NCBI GenBank assembly: GCA_977017645.1
Contig: OZ360232.1
Span: forward strand, 112,468,001-112,532,000
Source: Torpedo marmorata
Taxonomy: Eukaryota
Reading direction: 5' to 3'
DNA length: 64,000 nt
The notes beneath the pieces were generated by a model. The model was not told where the DNA came from. It ran no database searches and worked only from the letters and a program-made list of their open reading frames with translations. This document shows positions 50,230 through 63,644 of this stretch, in pieces. The position numbers were made by a program, and so were the translations under genes. How positions within the stretch are numbered: position 1 is the stretch's first letter; each line of letters begins with the position of its first letter.

Positions 50230-51165
50230 CAGCATGGACTTCTCTTGTGTCAACACCTGTGTACTAAGTCCACTGCTCTACTCCTGCTACACCCATGACT
50301 GAATAACTAAATACCTTTCCAACTCCACCTTCAAATTTGCCAATGGCACCACAGTATTGGGCCGCGTATCTAATAGCGATGAGTTGAAACACAGAAAAAA
50401 CGTAAAATCTAGTGGCATGGTGCCAAGATAACAACCTCTCTCTAATGTCAATAAGACGAAAGAGATGATCAGTGACTTCAGGAGAGGGAGCAGAGTCCAC
50501 TCCCTTGTCCACATTAATAGCATTAAAGTTGAAAGTGTAGATAGCTTCAAGTTCTCAGGAATAAATAACTCCAATGACCTGGGACAAACACATCAATGCG
50601 ATGATCAAGAAAGCGCACCATCGCCTCTACTTTCTTAGAAGACTAAGGACAATTTGCAGGTCCACCTTGTCCCTCAACAACCTCTACAGGAGCAGCATTG
50701 AAACAATACTTGCTGGATGCATCACAGCGTGGGACGGGAGCTGCTCTGCTCAAGGTCAGAAGAAGCTACGGAAGGTGGTGAATGCAGCTCAGAAAATAAC
50801 AAAACCTTCCTCCCCTCCATGGATTTCATCTACATCTCCCACTGCTTGGGAAAGACAGCCAACATATTGAAGAACCCATCACACCCTTGGCATGCTCTCC
50901 CTCCTTCCATTCAGGAGAAGGCTTAAAATTAGGAAAGAGTACCAACAAGCTTAAAGATAGTTTCTTCCCCACAGCCATCAGGCTCTTGAATAAACCCTAT
51001 TGTCGTGCTATCATGCTGCCCTTGTTTACGACTGATTGATCTTCCTTCTCAGTGTAATCCCATACTCTGTACACTGGGCTCTATACACGGCTGTATGTAA
51101 TGCTAGAGATAACCTGTTTGTCTGTTCAGAAAAGAACCCTTCTCACGATACAAATAAACTTAAAC
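50230..51165 (+). mobile_element. Degenerate Rex1/Babar LINE
   Basis: LSPLLYS, TWDKHINAMIKKAHHRLYFLRRL. Confidence 0.82.
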
Positions 51166-51789
51166 TTCTCACCACTTCCATTCCGCGAGTCTCCTTTCAG
51201 CTGCACCCCATTGTCAAGATAGTGCAGCCTATAGTTAGACCTTCTGGCTCAGAGTAGCTTGAGTTGTCTTCCAAGCCCATCTGCGATATCCTACACTGAA
51301 AGTCAGCATCCTTCCACTCTGCCATGTCTCAGTGGGCAGCACTAAACAGGAGAAGAGAATATTCAAAAAAATCAAGAAGGAAAGGCACCAGAAAACTAAA
51401 TAAGATCGATTTCTTGGTTTTAGTACAGAATTATGTGCCTTCTTAACAAAATTAGCTTGGAATTTTATTCTCAATTTCATATTCTGTATTTTGCTTGAAT
51501 AAACGCTGGGATTTTCTGTGAAGGAGAGAAGTGAGATTGCCCACGACAACTGGCAAAAAGTTGAATTATTGGGGGTTATAGTTGAATAATTCTGTCAAAC
51601 GTTGGCAGCCATAAAAGGACAAAGTTGTCTCTTCCCTTTTTCCTCCTCCTCTTCTACAGCTGCTCGCCACGTAGATGGTGGCAAGGTCTGGTGCCCTCCT
51701 GATTCTCTGATTATGCATCAGACCATGTAAAATTTAGATGTCAACAAGAAGTCTTCGGCTGTTAGAAAACGGGAGCAATACCACTGCAA

Positions 51790-52600
51790 TCCCCAGTAGC
51801 ATCCAATGTATTATCTGTAATTCCTGTCACCTACAATGGGATCCCACCACCATACACATCTTTTCCTCTCCAGTTTCCATTGGGTTCACTCCCTCTGCTA
51901 CTGTCTTGTCCACTTGTCCCTTCCTACTCATCATCCCCCAGGCACATATTCCTGTGACTGCAGAAAATGCTACTTCTGCCCCCTCACCAACATACAGGGC
52001 CCCAAACAGTCCTTCCAAGTGAGGCAACAGTTCAGGGGTCATCTACTGCATTCAGTGCTCCCAATGTGGCCTCCTGTACATCAGGAAACAGCAAGGACCT
52101 CCCAGTCACCAGCTTCTTCAATTCCACTTCCCATTCCCACACTGACATGTCTGTCCATGGCCTTGTGTTACTGCCAGGTTGAGGCCATATGTCAATTGGA
52201 GGAACAGCACCTTGTATTCCATCTTGGCAGTCTTCAATCAGCCAGCATTAATATCGACCTCCAATTTCCGTTAGGCCCCTTTCCCTTTTCTCTCTGGCTC
52301 CATTCCTCCTTCTACTTCCCCTACCCCTCCTGCCTGTCACCTGTACCTTTCTTCCTCGAGGTCCCACTCACTTCCTTGCACGTGGTGGTGCGTACTCCAC
52401 CCTCTGCCCTTCCCCTCTGGCTCCTTTCTTTTCTTCCCTCTGCCCTCCCCCCCCCCCCACGTGCCCCCCCCCCCACTGTCAACTCTTAGCTACTTTCTTT
52501 TCTTCCCCCTCCCATCTGCCAGCCTGTTCTCCACCCCCTACCCCACCCTTCTATTCAGGCATCTGCATGGTTCTTGCTCTTCCATATGAATGGTTTTTGG
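51790..52600 (+). mobile_element. Penelope-like element fragment (GIY-YIG region)
   Basis: IQGPKQSFQVRQQF followed, in another frame, by IYCIQCSQCGLLYI; LEEQHLVFHLGSLQ; pyrimidine-rich tail. Confidence 0.75.
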
Positions 52601-53355
52601 CCCACAACATTGTCTGTCGGTGGTTTTCCATGGTTGCTGCCTGACTCGTTGGGTTCCTCCATCCCTCTCTTTGCATATTGCTTCTGTCAGATTTGAACAC
52701 CCACTTTGCAGAGTGTTGAGGGATCCTCTGGAGAAGTGCAACCACCAGCAGTGTTATTGGAGCATAGTATTCTGCCTGTGTTGTACACCAGCGTTATTAG
52801 CTATGTCAACACGCAGTAGCCACCCGTTCTTCTGCTAGCTCAATTGATAGTACAGGGAATTGATGCGGAATGAAGGCACAACTGGATTTACTGCTGGTGG
52901 GCACACCACATCTGGACCTGAGGGAGCAGAATTCCTTTGGGCTTCAGTTCAGGATAGAATTGACAAGTGGCCCCAACAAAATAAAATTCTGCCATTTGCA
53001 ATGTTCTCCTTGGGAACCCCTGCAATTCCCATGGGAGCCCGTGTCTGTCCCAGCTGCTTCCCCTTGATAAGTGAGTACTGATCCGGCCCTCTTGAAATAG
53101 GAAACATCAGTGACCATCCCTGGGCACCATTAAATGGCAGGCTGTGACAAGTTACATGCACCTTGAGATCTTGGCATTCTTTGGAAATGTAGTGTTTGTT
53201 CTGATCTAAGGTCACAGGTGCAGTGCAAGATGGTGGGGGAGGGGTGGAGTTGTGGGGGGGGGTGGGTGCTGCAGATTTAAATCAGAATATTCTTATTGAA
53301 TGGAGGTTCCTCAAATAATTTCCTTCATGGATAAAGCTTCCTCTCACTCCCCTTT

Positions 53356-56095
53356 CAGAATCAGAATTTATTGTCATGAACAAGTCATGAAATTTGGTGT
53401 TTTGCGGCAGCATCATAGTGCAATTAACATTCATATTAACCATCTAACGACATTACTATAAAAAATTATAAACAATAGTGCACGAAAGTAAGGCAGTGTC
53501 TTTGGTTCATTGATTATTCAGGAATCTGATGGCAGCGGGGAAGAAGCTGTCCTTGTGCCGTTGAGTGCTCGTCTTTAGGCTCCTGTACCTTTTTCTCGAT
53601 GGAAGCACAGTGAAGAGGGCATGGCCTGGGTGGTGGGGGTCCTTGAGGATAGAGGCTGCTTTTTTAAGACACCGCTTCATGTAGATGTCCTCAATGGAGT
53701 GAAGTTTGGTGCCTGTGATGTCACAGGCCGAGTTAACAACCTTCTGGAGTTTACTCTTGTCCTGGGAGTTGGCACCTCCATACCAGGCAGTGATGCAACC
53801 AGCCAGAATGCTCTCCACGGTACACCTGTAGAAGTTTACGAGAGTCTTTGGTGACATACCGAATCTCCGCACACACCTCACAAAGTATAGCCGCTGACGA
53901 GCCTTCTTTGTGATTGCATCCACGTGGATGTTCCAGGACAGATCCTCGGAGATGTTGACACCCAGGAATTTGAAGTTCTTGACCCTCTCCACGACTGAGC
54001 CCTCGATGAGGACTGGGTCGTGTTCCCCTGACTTCCTCCTGAAGTCCACAATCATCTCCTTGGTTTTGCTGACGTTGAGCTCAAGGTTGTTGCCATTACA
54101 CCATTCAACGAGCTGATCTATCTCCCTCCTGTACGCTTCCTCATTGCCGTTTGTGATTCTGCCGACAACTGTGGTGTCATCGGCAAACTTGTAGATGGCA
54201 TTGGAATTGTGCCTGGCCACACAGTCATGAGTGTATAACGAGTAGAGCAGTGGACTAAGCACGCATCCTTGGGGTGCGCCTGTGTTGATAATCAGTGAGG
54301 AGGAGACGTTGTTTCCAATTCGTACTGACTGTGGTCTTCTGATGAGAAAGTCAAGGATCCAGTTGCAGAGTGGGGTACAGAGGCCTAGAGATTGTAGCTT
54401 CTTGACCAGCACTGAGGGAATAATGGTATTGAAGGCCGAGCTGTAGTCGATGAAGAGCAACCGTATGTATGAATTGCTGTTTTCGAGGTGGTCCAGAGCT
54501 GAGTGGAGAGCCAGCGATATTGCATCTGCTGTGGAGCGATTGTGGCGATAGGCAAATTGCAGTGGGTCCAGATCTTTGCTTAGGTATGTGTTAATTCTGG
54601 CCATGACCAGCCTCTCAAAGCATTTCATCACAGTAGAAGTTAGTGCTACTGGGCGTTAGTCGTTGAGGCAGCTCACACTACTCTTCTTGGGTACCGGTAT
54701 GATTGATGCCCTTTTGAAGCAGGTGGGAACCTCTGACTGCCGCAATGAGAGGTGGAAAATGTCCGTGAACACTCCGGCTAGTTGGTTGGCGCAGATTTTC
54801 AATACCCTGCCAGGTACGCCGACAGGGCCTGACGCCTTGCGAGGGTTCACCCTCTTGAATGATGTTCTGACGTCGCCCTCAGAGACCGATATCACAGGGT
54901 CCTCAGCCTTTTCAGGGATTCTAGTAGGCACTGTTTTGTTCTTCTTCTCAAAGCGGGCATAGAAGGTGTTCAGCTCATTGGGTAGTGAAGCAACACAGCC
55001 ATCTATAGTGTTCGCCCTCGCATTGTAGGCTGTAATGGCCTGCACTCCCTGCCATAGCTGGCGTGTATCTGTCTCTATCTCTAGCTTCCTCCGGAATTGC
55101 CACTTTGCTTCAGAGATGGCCTTCCGCAGGTCGTGCCTGGACTTTTTGTAAAGATCCCGGTCCCCGGCCTTAAACGCCCTTGTTCTCGTCCTCAGCAGGT
55201 TGTGAATTCTCTGATTCATCCAGGGCTTCTGGTTGGGGAACACCTGATAATTGCGCGTGGGCACACACTCATCCACGCAGGTCTTGATGAAGTCGGTGAC
55301 ACCTGTTGCATATTCATTTAGGTCTATGGCTGAGTGCTTGAATATTTTCCAGTCTACCGATTCAAAGCAGTCCTGCAGACGCTCCTCCGCCTCCCCCGAC
55401 CATACTTTCGCCGTCCTCAACACAGGTGCTGTGGTCTTCAGTCTCTGCTTGTACGCCGGGAGTAGAAGTACAGCCAGGTGATCAGACTTGCCGAAGTGCG
55501 GTCGTGGTATGGCTCGGTATGCGTTCTTCACGGTGGTGTAGCAGTGGTCGAGTGTGTTGGTTCCCCTGGTCTCGCAAGTGATGTGTTGGTGGTAGTTTGT
55601 CAGTGACTTCTTCAGATTGGCCTGATTGAAGTCTCCCACAATGATCGGGAAGGCATCAGGATGTGCTGTCTCATGGCTGTTTATCACAGTGCTCAGTCCC
55701 TCCAGTGCCAGCCTGACGTTAGCCTGGGGCGGAATGTACACTGCGACCAGGATGATGGCGGTGAACTCCCTCGGCAGATAGAATGGGCGACACTTGATTG
55801 CCAGATGTTCCAGGTCGGGGGAGCAGGACTGGGACATGACCGTCACGTCTGTGCATCACGATGAATTGATGATGACACACACGCCGCCTCCCCTGGTTTT
55901 TCCAGACGCTGGTGTTCGGTCAGCGCGATGGAGGGTGTAGCCCTTGGGCTGTAGCGCCGTGTCCGGAATGTCCTCGTTTAGCCACGTTTCTGTAAAGCTC
56001 ATCACCCAGCACTCCCTGATGACTCTCTGATGTTGAAGTCTGGCTTGGAGTTCATCAAGTTTGTTCTCCAAGGATTGTACGTTGGCCAGGAGGTT
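53356..56095 (-). mobile_element. Nearly intact Rex1/Babar LINE (APE + RT single ORF with two nonsense changes)
   Basis: ORFs 55856-56113, 54656-55846 and 53507-54631 are all in one frame. Motifs [32 protein letters not shown]; (ATTCTG)n tail. Confidence 0.96.
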
Positions 56096-56239
56096 TCTCT
56101 CCTCGCTCTGCATTCCCTCAGAGCATTCTCCCAGTTTTATTGTATTCTAAATATATTCCAAATATGTCGTAAGCTGATATTTCATAAATTTCAATCAGAA
56201 GAGAATTCTTTGGATACCTATCATATGACTCTCTATAGA

Positions 56240-57010
56240 CATTAAAAACTTGTATTGTATCCAGTTCTGGTCACCATGCTTCGGAAGGATGTGCAAGCAA
56301 TAGGGAGAGAACAGAAGAGATTTACCAGGATGTTACCTGGAATAGAGGGCTGTAGTTTAGTGAAAGATTGGATAAGATGAGTTTATTCTCACTATAACAT
56401 AGGAGGCTGAGGGATGACCTTGAAGAGGTTCATAACATTGAGGGGCAAAGATAGGAAAGATAATCTAAACTTCTTACCCAGGGAAGTGGAATCTAGAACG
56501 AGAGGGTAGAAGAGTAAGGTGAGAGGGGAAAAATTTAAAAGAAGTCTGAGGGTTAGGTTTTTCTGTATATTGGGTGGTGAATATCTGGAATGAGCTGCCT
56601 GAGGAGATAGTAGAGGCAGATACAATTACAATGCTTAAAAGGTGTTTGGACAGGTATCTTCATTGGAAAGGTGGGGAGGGATAGAGGTCTAATGCAAGCG
56701 ACGTGATTAGCGTAGCAGTTAGCACAATGCTGTTTCAGCACCAGCGACCCGGAGTTGAATCCAGTACTGTCTAAGGAGTTTGTACGTTCACCTAGTGTCT
56801 GTGTGGGTTTCCTCCCACCGTCCAAAAATGTATGGAGTTTGTAGATTAATTGGTGTATTTGGGTGGCACAGACTTGTGGGCTGGAAAGGCCTCTTACTGT
56901 GCTGTATCTCTAAATTAAAAATAAGTGTGGGCAAATGAGATTGGCATCGATGGGCATCACAGTCAGAGAAGGTGGACTGAAAGGACCTGTTTCTATGCTG
57001 TACATTTTTA
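56240..57010 (+). mobile_element. CR1 3' fragment containing a V-SINE (about 56695-56920)
   Basis: CAGTTCTGGTCACC...GAGATTTACCAGGATG; SINE V-domain at about 56770-56820. Confidence 0.78.
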
Positions 57011-58539
57011 TTCTAAAACAACATTGCAAAACACCTAGCATTATACAATGGTAGCGATGACCATTTTTTAATCAATCAGCAACAAGTCGATGTGAGGAAC
57101 TTCCCTGGACTGCACACTTTAACTATGCAGAATTATGAGCGAGAATTTAATGAAGCATTGAGGTGGGATGTAGGGGATTTGCATGCCGATTGATGGTGTT
57201 ATCTGCCTAACTCTGCATCCTTGTGGGTTTCATGGAATCATAGATTCTTTGGCCCACTGAGTCCGTTCTGAGCGTCAACCGGTGTTCGCTGCTCCTTAAC
57301 TAACACTCTTATTGGGATGGTGTGTGGAATGACAGATACCACAAGCAGAAGTGTGCAGATTCTGTTGTGGCATCCTCGTTAGCACCAAAACAATGGATAA
57401 TACAAATTTAAATCAGGAGGATGAAGTAGGAGACATTTGGTACACAGAAACAGAGTAGGTCATTAAAATATTGTCATCTCCCCTGAACCTGTTCTGTTAT
57501 TGTCTTTTTGAACTTCATGTCGATGCTAAAACTCCAATTGCATAATTTTGCCTGATGAATTCCTTCATCAGTGTAAATATCTCAATTTGATCATCCAATA
57601 AGCTGATGGTTTCACGGGGATATATCACCAAGATAATGCATGCTGTCTTGTATTTTGAAGTTCAGTGAATTTGGAGTGTATCACTTCCAAGACCGTCATA
57701 CCTTGTACTGTCTATTGGCAATGTTTATCCCTTTCTTCCTGCTGTCACAACAATTAATGAACTGAGCAGTTCAGGCAGCATCCATGGAGAGCAATCAAAA
57801 GTCAATGTTTTGGGTTGAAACCCTTCCTCAGGAATAGAAAGAAACCAGAATTTTGTGTTGCTCCAGTTTTCCAGCATCTGCAGTTTTGTTGTTTACAACA
57901 ATTAATGTTGGAGATGCACAGCTGTCTAGTCACTTCCTGAATAGTGTTTATAATTTTCAACTTCCTTGAGTGGCCCCATTCATTTGAACAGTGGTCTGAT
58001 GCCTAGATCCTGCACCCATGAGGGTGAAGATTGAGGAATCGAGGGTACACCGTTTCTATCTCTATCCTCTGAGGGTGACCTCCTCAGTGGAACACAGGAC
58101 GAATCATAGGCTCATCACCTGCAATATTTCTCATTATTTCAGATGTTGACAGGCTGTTAGATTGATTTAAACTTATTTAAGTTTATCATGCCACTATTAT
58201 GGTGCAGAAGAAAGTCATTCAACCCAATGAGTTTATGCTGTTTTAGGCAAATTGGCCCTTTGCTCCTACAGAGAGGTGCAATGCTCAATTCTTTAATCTG
58301 AGAATGGAGCACATTTGTTTGCCTGTTTCCCATGAAGATTATCAACACCACTCTTTGGTTTTTTTTAAACCTATATAACCTACACATTATTCTCCCTCAA
58401 GTACTTAACTGTTTCACGCATAAAATTGCAGATTATAAATTTAAGAACGTTTGTCTTGCATCTCTCTTGTATCATTCGACCAAACACCAAAAATTCTTCC
58501 TTGTTGCAGCCAAACAGATGCATAAGATACAGCAACTGC

Positions 58540-58990
58540 AATAGTAAAAAAAATAAAATACCACAAATGCAAGACAGAAAAAGTAATAATAAATATCAAA
58601 GGATAGGTAAATAAATATTCACAGATGAAGTTAGTGCAAAATAAACAGATGATTCAGTAGTGCAGACAAATCTTTTGGTTGTCCTGAGGTAATTTATGGG
58701 AAGTTGAGGATCCAGATTGCTGTTGGATTGAAAACTGGTGTTGAACCTGCTGGCCTTCGGCCTTCTGTACCTTCTGCGCGACGGTAGCAGTGAGAAGAGA
58801 TTGTGACTAGGGTGATGGGGGTCCTTTATGATATTGGCAGCCCTCTTGAGGTAATGTCTCACAGATCCTTTCAATGGCCTGGAGGGTAGTGCCTGTGATG
58901 GAGTTAAACAAGAAAGTCTGCAGATGCTGGGGTCAAATACAATACACAAATGTGCTTGTGCCTGTGATGGACTTAGCTGGGTTTGCCATA
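58540..58990 (-). mobile_element. Rex1/Babar 3' fragment
   Basis: KRAANIIKDPHHPSHNLFSLLPSRRRYR. Confidence 0.78.
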
Positions 58991-59717
58991 ATACTTTTTC
59001 ATGTTACATTGAAGGCGACATGTCATTTTGTATATTGTTGGGCAATTGTCCAGTCTTATTTGCTTAACTTGAGCATTTGGGGATGTGGAATTGACTGCTG
59101 CTCTCTCCCGCATGTTACTGAGTATACCAGCTCTAAACCCTTTCCTGTAAGTTCTGTGGCATACTTTTCATTCCTAAAATGTCTGTTTCGTCCTTGTTCG
59201 GCAGGAGCTATGGTACAGGCATGTTTAGGGCCACAGCCAGTCCCAAAATAAAAAAAAGATATGAGAATGGAGAAAGATAAAAATATATCTGAACAATTAC
59301 TCAGTGAAACACTAAGTCCCTGTCTGGAGAAGCACAGAAAAAACTTTCCCTGAGTGAGCACTTAACACCAAGGAAACACCAAAGAACATTTAAGAAATTC
59401 ATCAAGCAATATTGTATTGGATGTTTTAATTGAACTGCAGCCAAGCTACTAATACTGAGAATTACTTGGTCTAAAAGAATGTGGAATTTTTTTTATGTTG
59501 TATCATGCAGATAATAAAACTGTACTGAGCAAAACCCTGACATGTAAATTATGAATTGATTTGTTAAAGTTCTTAAGTGTTGTGATCACATTTACTCACT
59601 AAATTCCTTTTGCTTTAAATTTCTAATACATGGGTGCTTTTGTTCTAAGGGTGCACATTTTATTTTGTTTGCAACTAGCTTGACTGACACTATCATCCCC
59701 GTGTGTTGTAGCTCAAG

Positions 59718-61410
59718 TCGAGTCATAGAGTTCTGCAGCAAAGAAACAGGCCTTCAGCCCAACTTGACAATGCTGACCAGGCTAGTCCCATTTGCCTGTG
59801 TTAAACCTTGCCTAACCACATACCTGTCTAAATGTCTTTTAAACATTACACTTTTCCTTACCTCTCCCACTTATTTGTACAAAACAATATTTATTTATTT
59901 TTATAGATGAAATACTTGTCGTGCATATGTATTGTTTGTCTGTATGTGTGTTATGTCTGGTTGTGTGTCTGCAAGCTTTGTACCAAGGACAGGAGAACGC
60001 TGTTTCGTCGGGTTGTAGAGTACTTGTACAATCAGATGACAATAAACTTGACTTGACTTCTTGTAACAGCTTGTTCTGCTTACCCACGGCCCTCTGTGTG
60101 AAGAAGGTGCCCCTCGGCTCCCTGTTAAATCTTTCTCCTTTCACCTTAAATCTGTGCCCTTTGGGTTTTAGATTCCCCTACCCTGGGGAAAAAAAAAACC
60201 TGTGACTATTTACCCCCATAATTTTATAATCCTCGAAAGGTCCTTCCTCAGCCTTCTAGCTCCAGGGAGAAATGTCTCGGTATACCCAACTTCTCCTTGT
60301 AATTCAAGCCTACCAGTCCCGATAACAATCTTGTGAATTTTTTCTGCATCATTTCCAGCTTGATTTTATCTTTCCTGTACCTGGGTGACCAATCAATATT
60401 TCCAAATGCAGTCTCACCAACGTCTTGCACAGTTGTAACATGACATTAAACATAAAGTCTGATTGCTCCTGTACTCAATACCCAGACTGTTGAAGGCAAG
60501 TATGCTAAACGCTGCCCTCAACACCCTGTTTACTTGCGTTGCCACTTTAATGTAACTATGTATCTCTGCCCCCAAGTCTCTCTGTCTACAATGATCTCCA
60601 GGGCCCTACCATTCACCCTGCAAGTCCTGCCCTGGTTTAGTCTACCAAAATGGAACGCCTCACATTTGTCAGTTAAATCCCATCTCTCACTCCTTTGCCG
60701 ACTTTCCCACTTGATATAGATCCTGTTGAAATCTTAGACAACCTTCTTAACTGTCCACTAAACCGCCAATTTATCTGTCATCTGCAAACTTGCTAATCAT
60801 GCTAACAACATTGTCACCCAAGTCATTAATATAAATGACAAACAACAGTGGAGTCAGCACTTATCCCTGTGGCACACCACTGGTAACGGGCCTCCAATCT
60901 GAGTAACAGCCCTCCAATGCCATCCTCTGTCTCCTACCAAGCCAATTCTGTATCCAATTGGTCAGCTCACCCTGAATCCAATGCGTTCTGACCTTCTTGA
61001 CCAGCCTGCCATGTAGGACCTTGTCAAAGACCTTGCTAAAGTCCATGTGGTCAACATCTTCCACCCTGCCTTCGTCTGTGTTCTTGGCCACTTCTTTTTT
61101 TTTTAATAAAAAAAACTCAAATCAAATTTGTGAGACGCAATTTCCCATGCATAAAGACATGCTAACTATCCCTAACCAATCCTTGCCTTCTCAAATACAT
61201 GTGGATCTTGTATCTCAGAATACTCTCCCATAACTTGCATTAAGATCACCTGCCTGTAGTTGCCTGGCTTGTCCTTGCAGCCTTTGTTTTAAAAAAAGGC
61301 ACATTAGCCACCTTCTGGTTTTCTGCACACCACCTCTGCCTAATAATGATGCAAATGCCTTTGTCAGGGCTCCTGCAATTTCTTCCTTAGCTTCCAATAA
61401 TGTTCTAGTA
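59718..61410 (-). mobile_element. CR1 LINE fragment, with a Rex1 tail inserted at about 59870-60058
   Basis: DFSKVFDKVLHGRL...VTSGVPQG (60861-61091); KKFTRLL (60248-60430). Confidence 0.85.
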
Positions 61411-61692
61411 TATATATAATGCAACAAAATTCTTACTTGCTGCAGCCAAACAGGTACTTTCTAATATAAGACTACAATCATATACCAAGTTGAATTGAAA
61501 ATGGACAATAAATACAAAACTAGATAGATAGTAAATATTCAATGCTTAAAAAAAGTGATTTGCAAGATGGCAGACAGTTCATGAATAGTGTTTCAAGGGG
61601 AGGTTCAAGAGTCTGATAGCTGTTGGAAAGAAACTGCTCTTGAACCTACAGGTGCTGGTTTTCAGGCTTCCTGAAGGTAGCAGTGAGATGAC

Positions 61693-62922
61693 ATGGATCT
61701 ATTCCAGTTCGCCTATCATAGCAACAGGTCTACGGCGGATGCCATCTCAATGGCTCTACACAAAGCCCTTAAACACCTAGATAGCAAAGATGCATACATC
61801 AGGATGCTCTTTATCGACTACAGTTCCGCATTTTACACAATTATCCTCTCAAAACTGATCAGCAAACTCCAAGACCAGGGACTCAACACCCCACTGTGTA
61901 ATTGGATCCTGGATTTCCTCAACTCCAGACCACAATCAGTGAGCATTGGTAAGAACATCTCCTCTGCAATCCACATCAGTATCGGAGCACCACAGGGCTG
62001 CGTTCTTAGCCCCCTGCTCTATTCGCTATACACCTACGATACGACCACAACACCATCTACAAATTCGCTGATGATACCACGGTAGTGGGTTGTATAAAGG
62101 GGTCGATGAGTCAGCATACAGGAGGGAGATTGAAAACTTGGCTGAATGGTGCACCAACAACAACCTCGCACTCAGTATCACCAAAACTAAGGAGCTGATT
62201 GTTGACTTCAGGAAGGGAAAACCAGAGGTGTACGATCCAGTGATCATTGGGGGATCAGAGTGGAGAGGGTGAGCAAATTTAAGTTCTTGGGAGTCACTAT
62301 TTCAGAGGATCTTTCCTGGACCCAACACACTAATGGCGTTGCGAAGGAAGCACATCAGCGTCTACTTCCTCAGGAGTTTGCGGAGGTTTGGTATGACATC
62401 GGAAATCCTGGTAAATTTCTACAGATGTGTGGTAGAAAGTGTGCTGACCGGCTGCATCACGGTCTGGTTTGGGGACACCAATACCCAAAAGCAAAAGGTC
62501 GTTGACACAGCCCAGGACTTCACAGGCAATTCCACCATTGAGAACATCTACGGGAACGCTGCCGTCGGAGAGCTGCAGTAATCATCAAGGATCCACAACA
62601 CCCAGCACACGCTCTGTTCTCGCTGCTACCATCAGGAAAGAGGTATAGGTGCCACAAGACTTGTACCACCAGGTTCAGGAACAGCTGCTACCCCTCCACC
62701 ATCAGACTCCTCAACAACAATATCAATCAGGGACTCATTTAAGGACTCTTACTTTTGCACTTTTTTTTCTCTCTGTATTGCACATTCCTTTGTTTACATG
62801 TGTATGTTGAGTACAGTTTTTTACACTACCAATAAGTGGTAATTCTGCCACGCCCACAGGAATAAGAATCTTAGGGTTGTATGTGATGCCATGTATGTAC
62901 TCTGACAATAAATCTGAAATCT
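61693..62922 (+). mobile_element. Rex1/Babar LINE (RT, frameshifted) inserted into an antisense Rex1
   Basis: [14 protein letters not shown]...[10 protein letters not shown]...KTKELIVDFRK; tail AATAAATCTGAAATCTG. Confidence 0.9.
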
Positions 62923-63520
62923 GTTGATGGAGAGCTTTATGATGTCGCTATCTTCATGAAGCAGAACCTCACATAGATGTCAGGAATGGATGGGAGGTTG
63001 GGGCCTGTGATGGATCAGGTTATGTTTGCTACTTTATGCAACTTTTTGTGTTCTTGGGTAATCAGATTACCAAAGCAGGCAGTGATGCAAAAATCAATAT
63101 ACTTTCCACAGGGCACCTATTGGTTTGATAGAGTATTCGCCAACATGCCAAATCTCCTCAGATGCCTTAGAAGGTTGAGGTGTTGGTGTGCCTTATTCAT
63201 GGTTGTCTTAATGCGCTGGCTCCTGGAGAGGTTTTCTGAAATAGGAGCTCCCAGGAACTTGGTTCTGGCCCTCTCCACCTCTGCCCCATCAATACAGACA
63301 GGTGTGTGGTCCCTCGGCTTCACTAACCCAAAATCAACCATCAGCTCCTTGGTCTTGGTGAGGTTGAGAGCAAGATTGTTGTTCTGGCATCACCCAACCA
63401 GGTGCACGATATCCATCCTATATTCTGACTCATCATTTCCAGTTATTCAACCACATAGTGAATTTTAGATTGTGTAGGAGCTGAACTTGGCTATACTGTC
63501 ATGAGTGTACAGAGCAGGGG
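62923..63520 (-). mobile_element. Rex1/Babar fragment (its 3' part lies at about 61410-61692)
   Basis: MVDFGLVK...CIDGAEVER...KAHQHLNLLRHLRRFG. Confidence 0.78.
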
Positions 63521-63644
63521 CTTAAATGGTGGAAAATTCTCATTTTGGACTTCACCCATTTGCAGTGGCTTCATACATAGATGACTTTGTTGATCATCAA
63601 GGGGAGTTATCTACTCCCTACTTACTGTTTTGCCTTTAATATAC

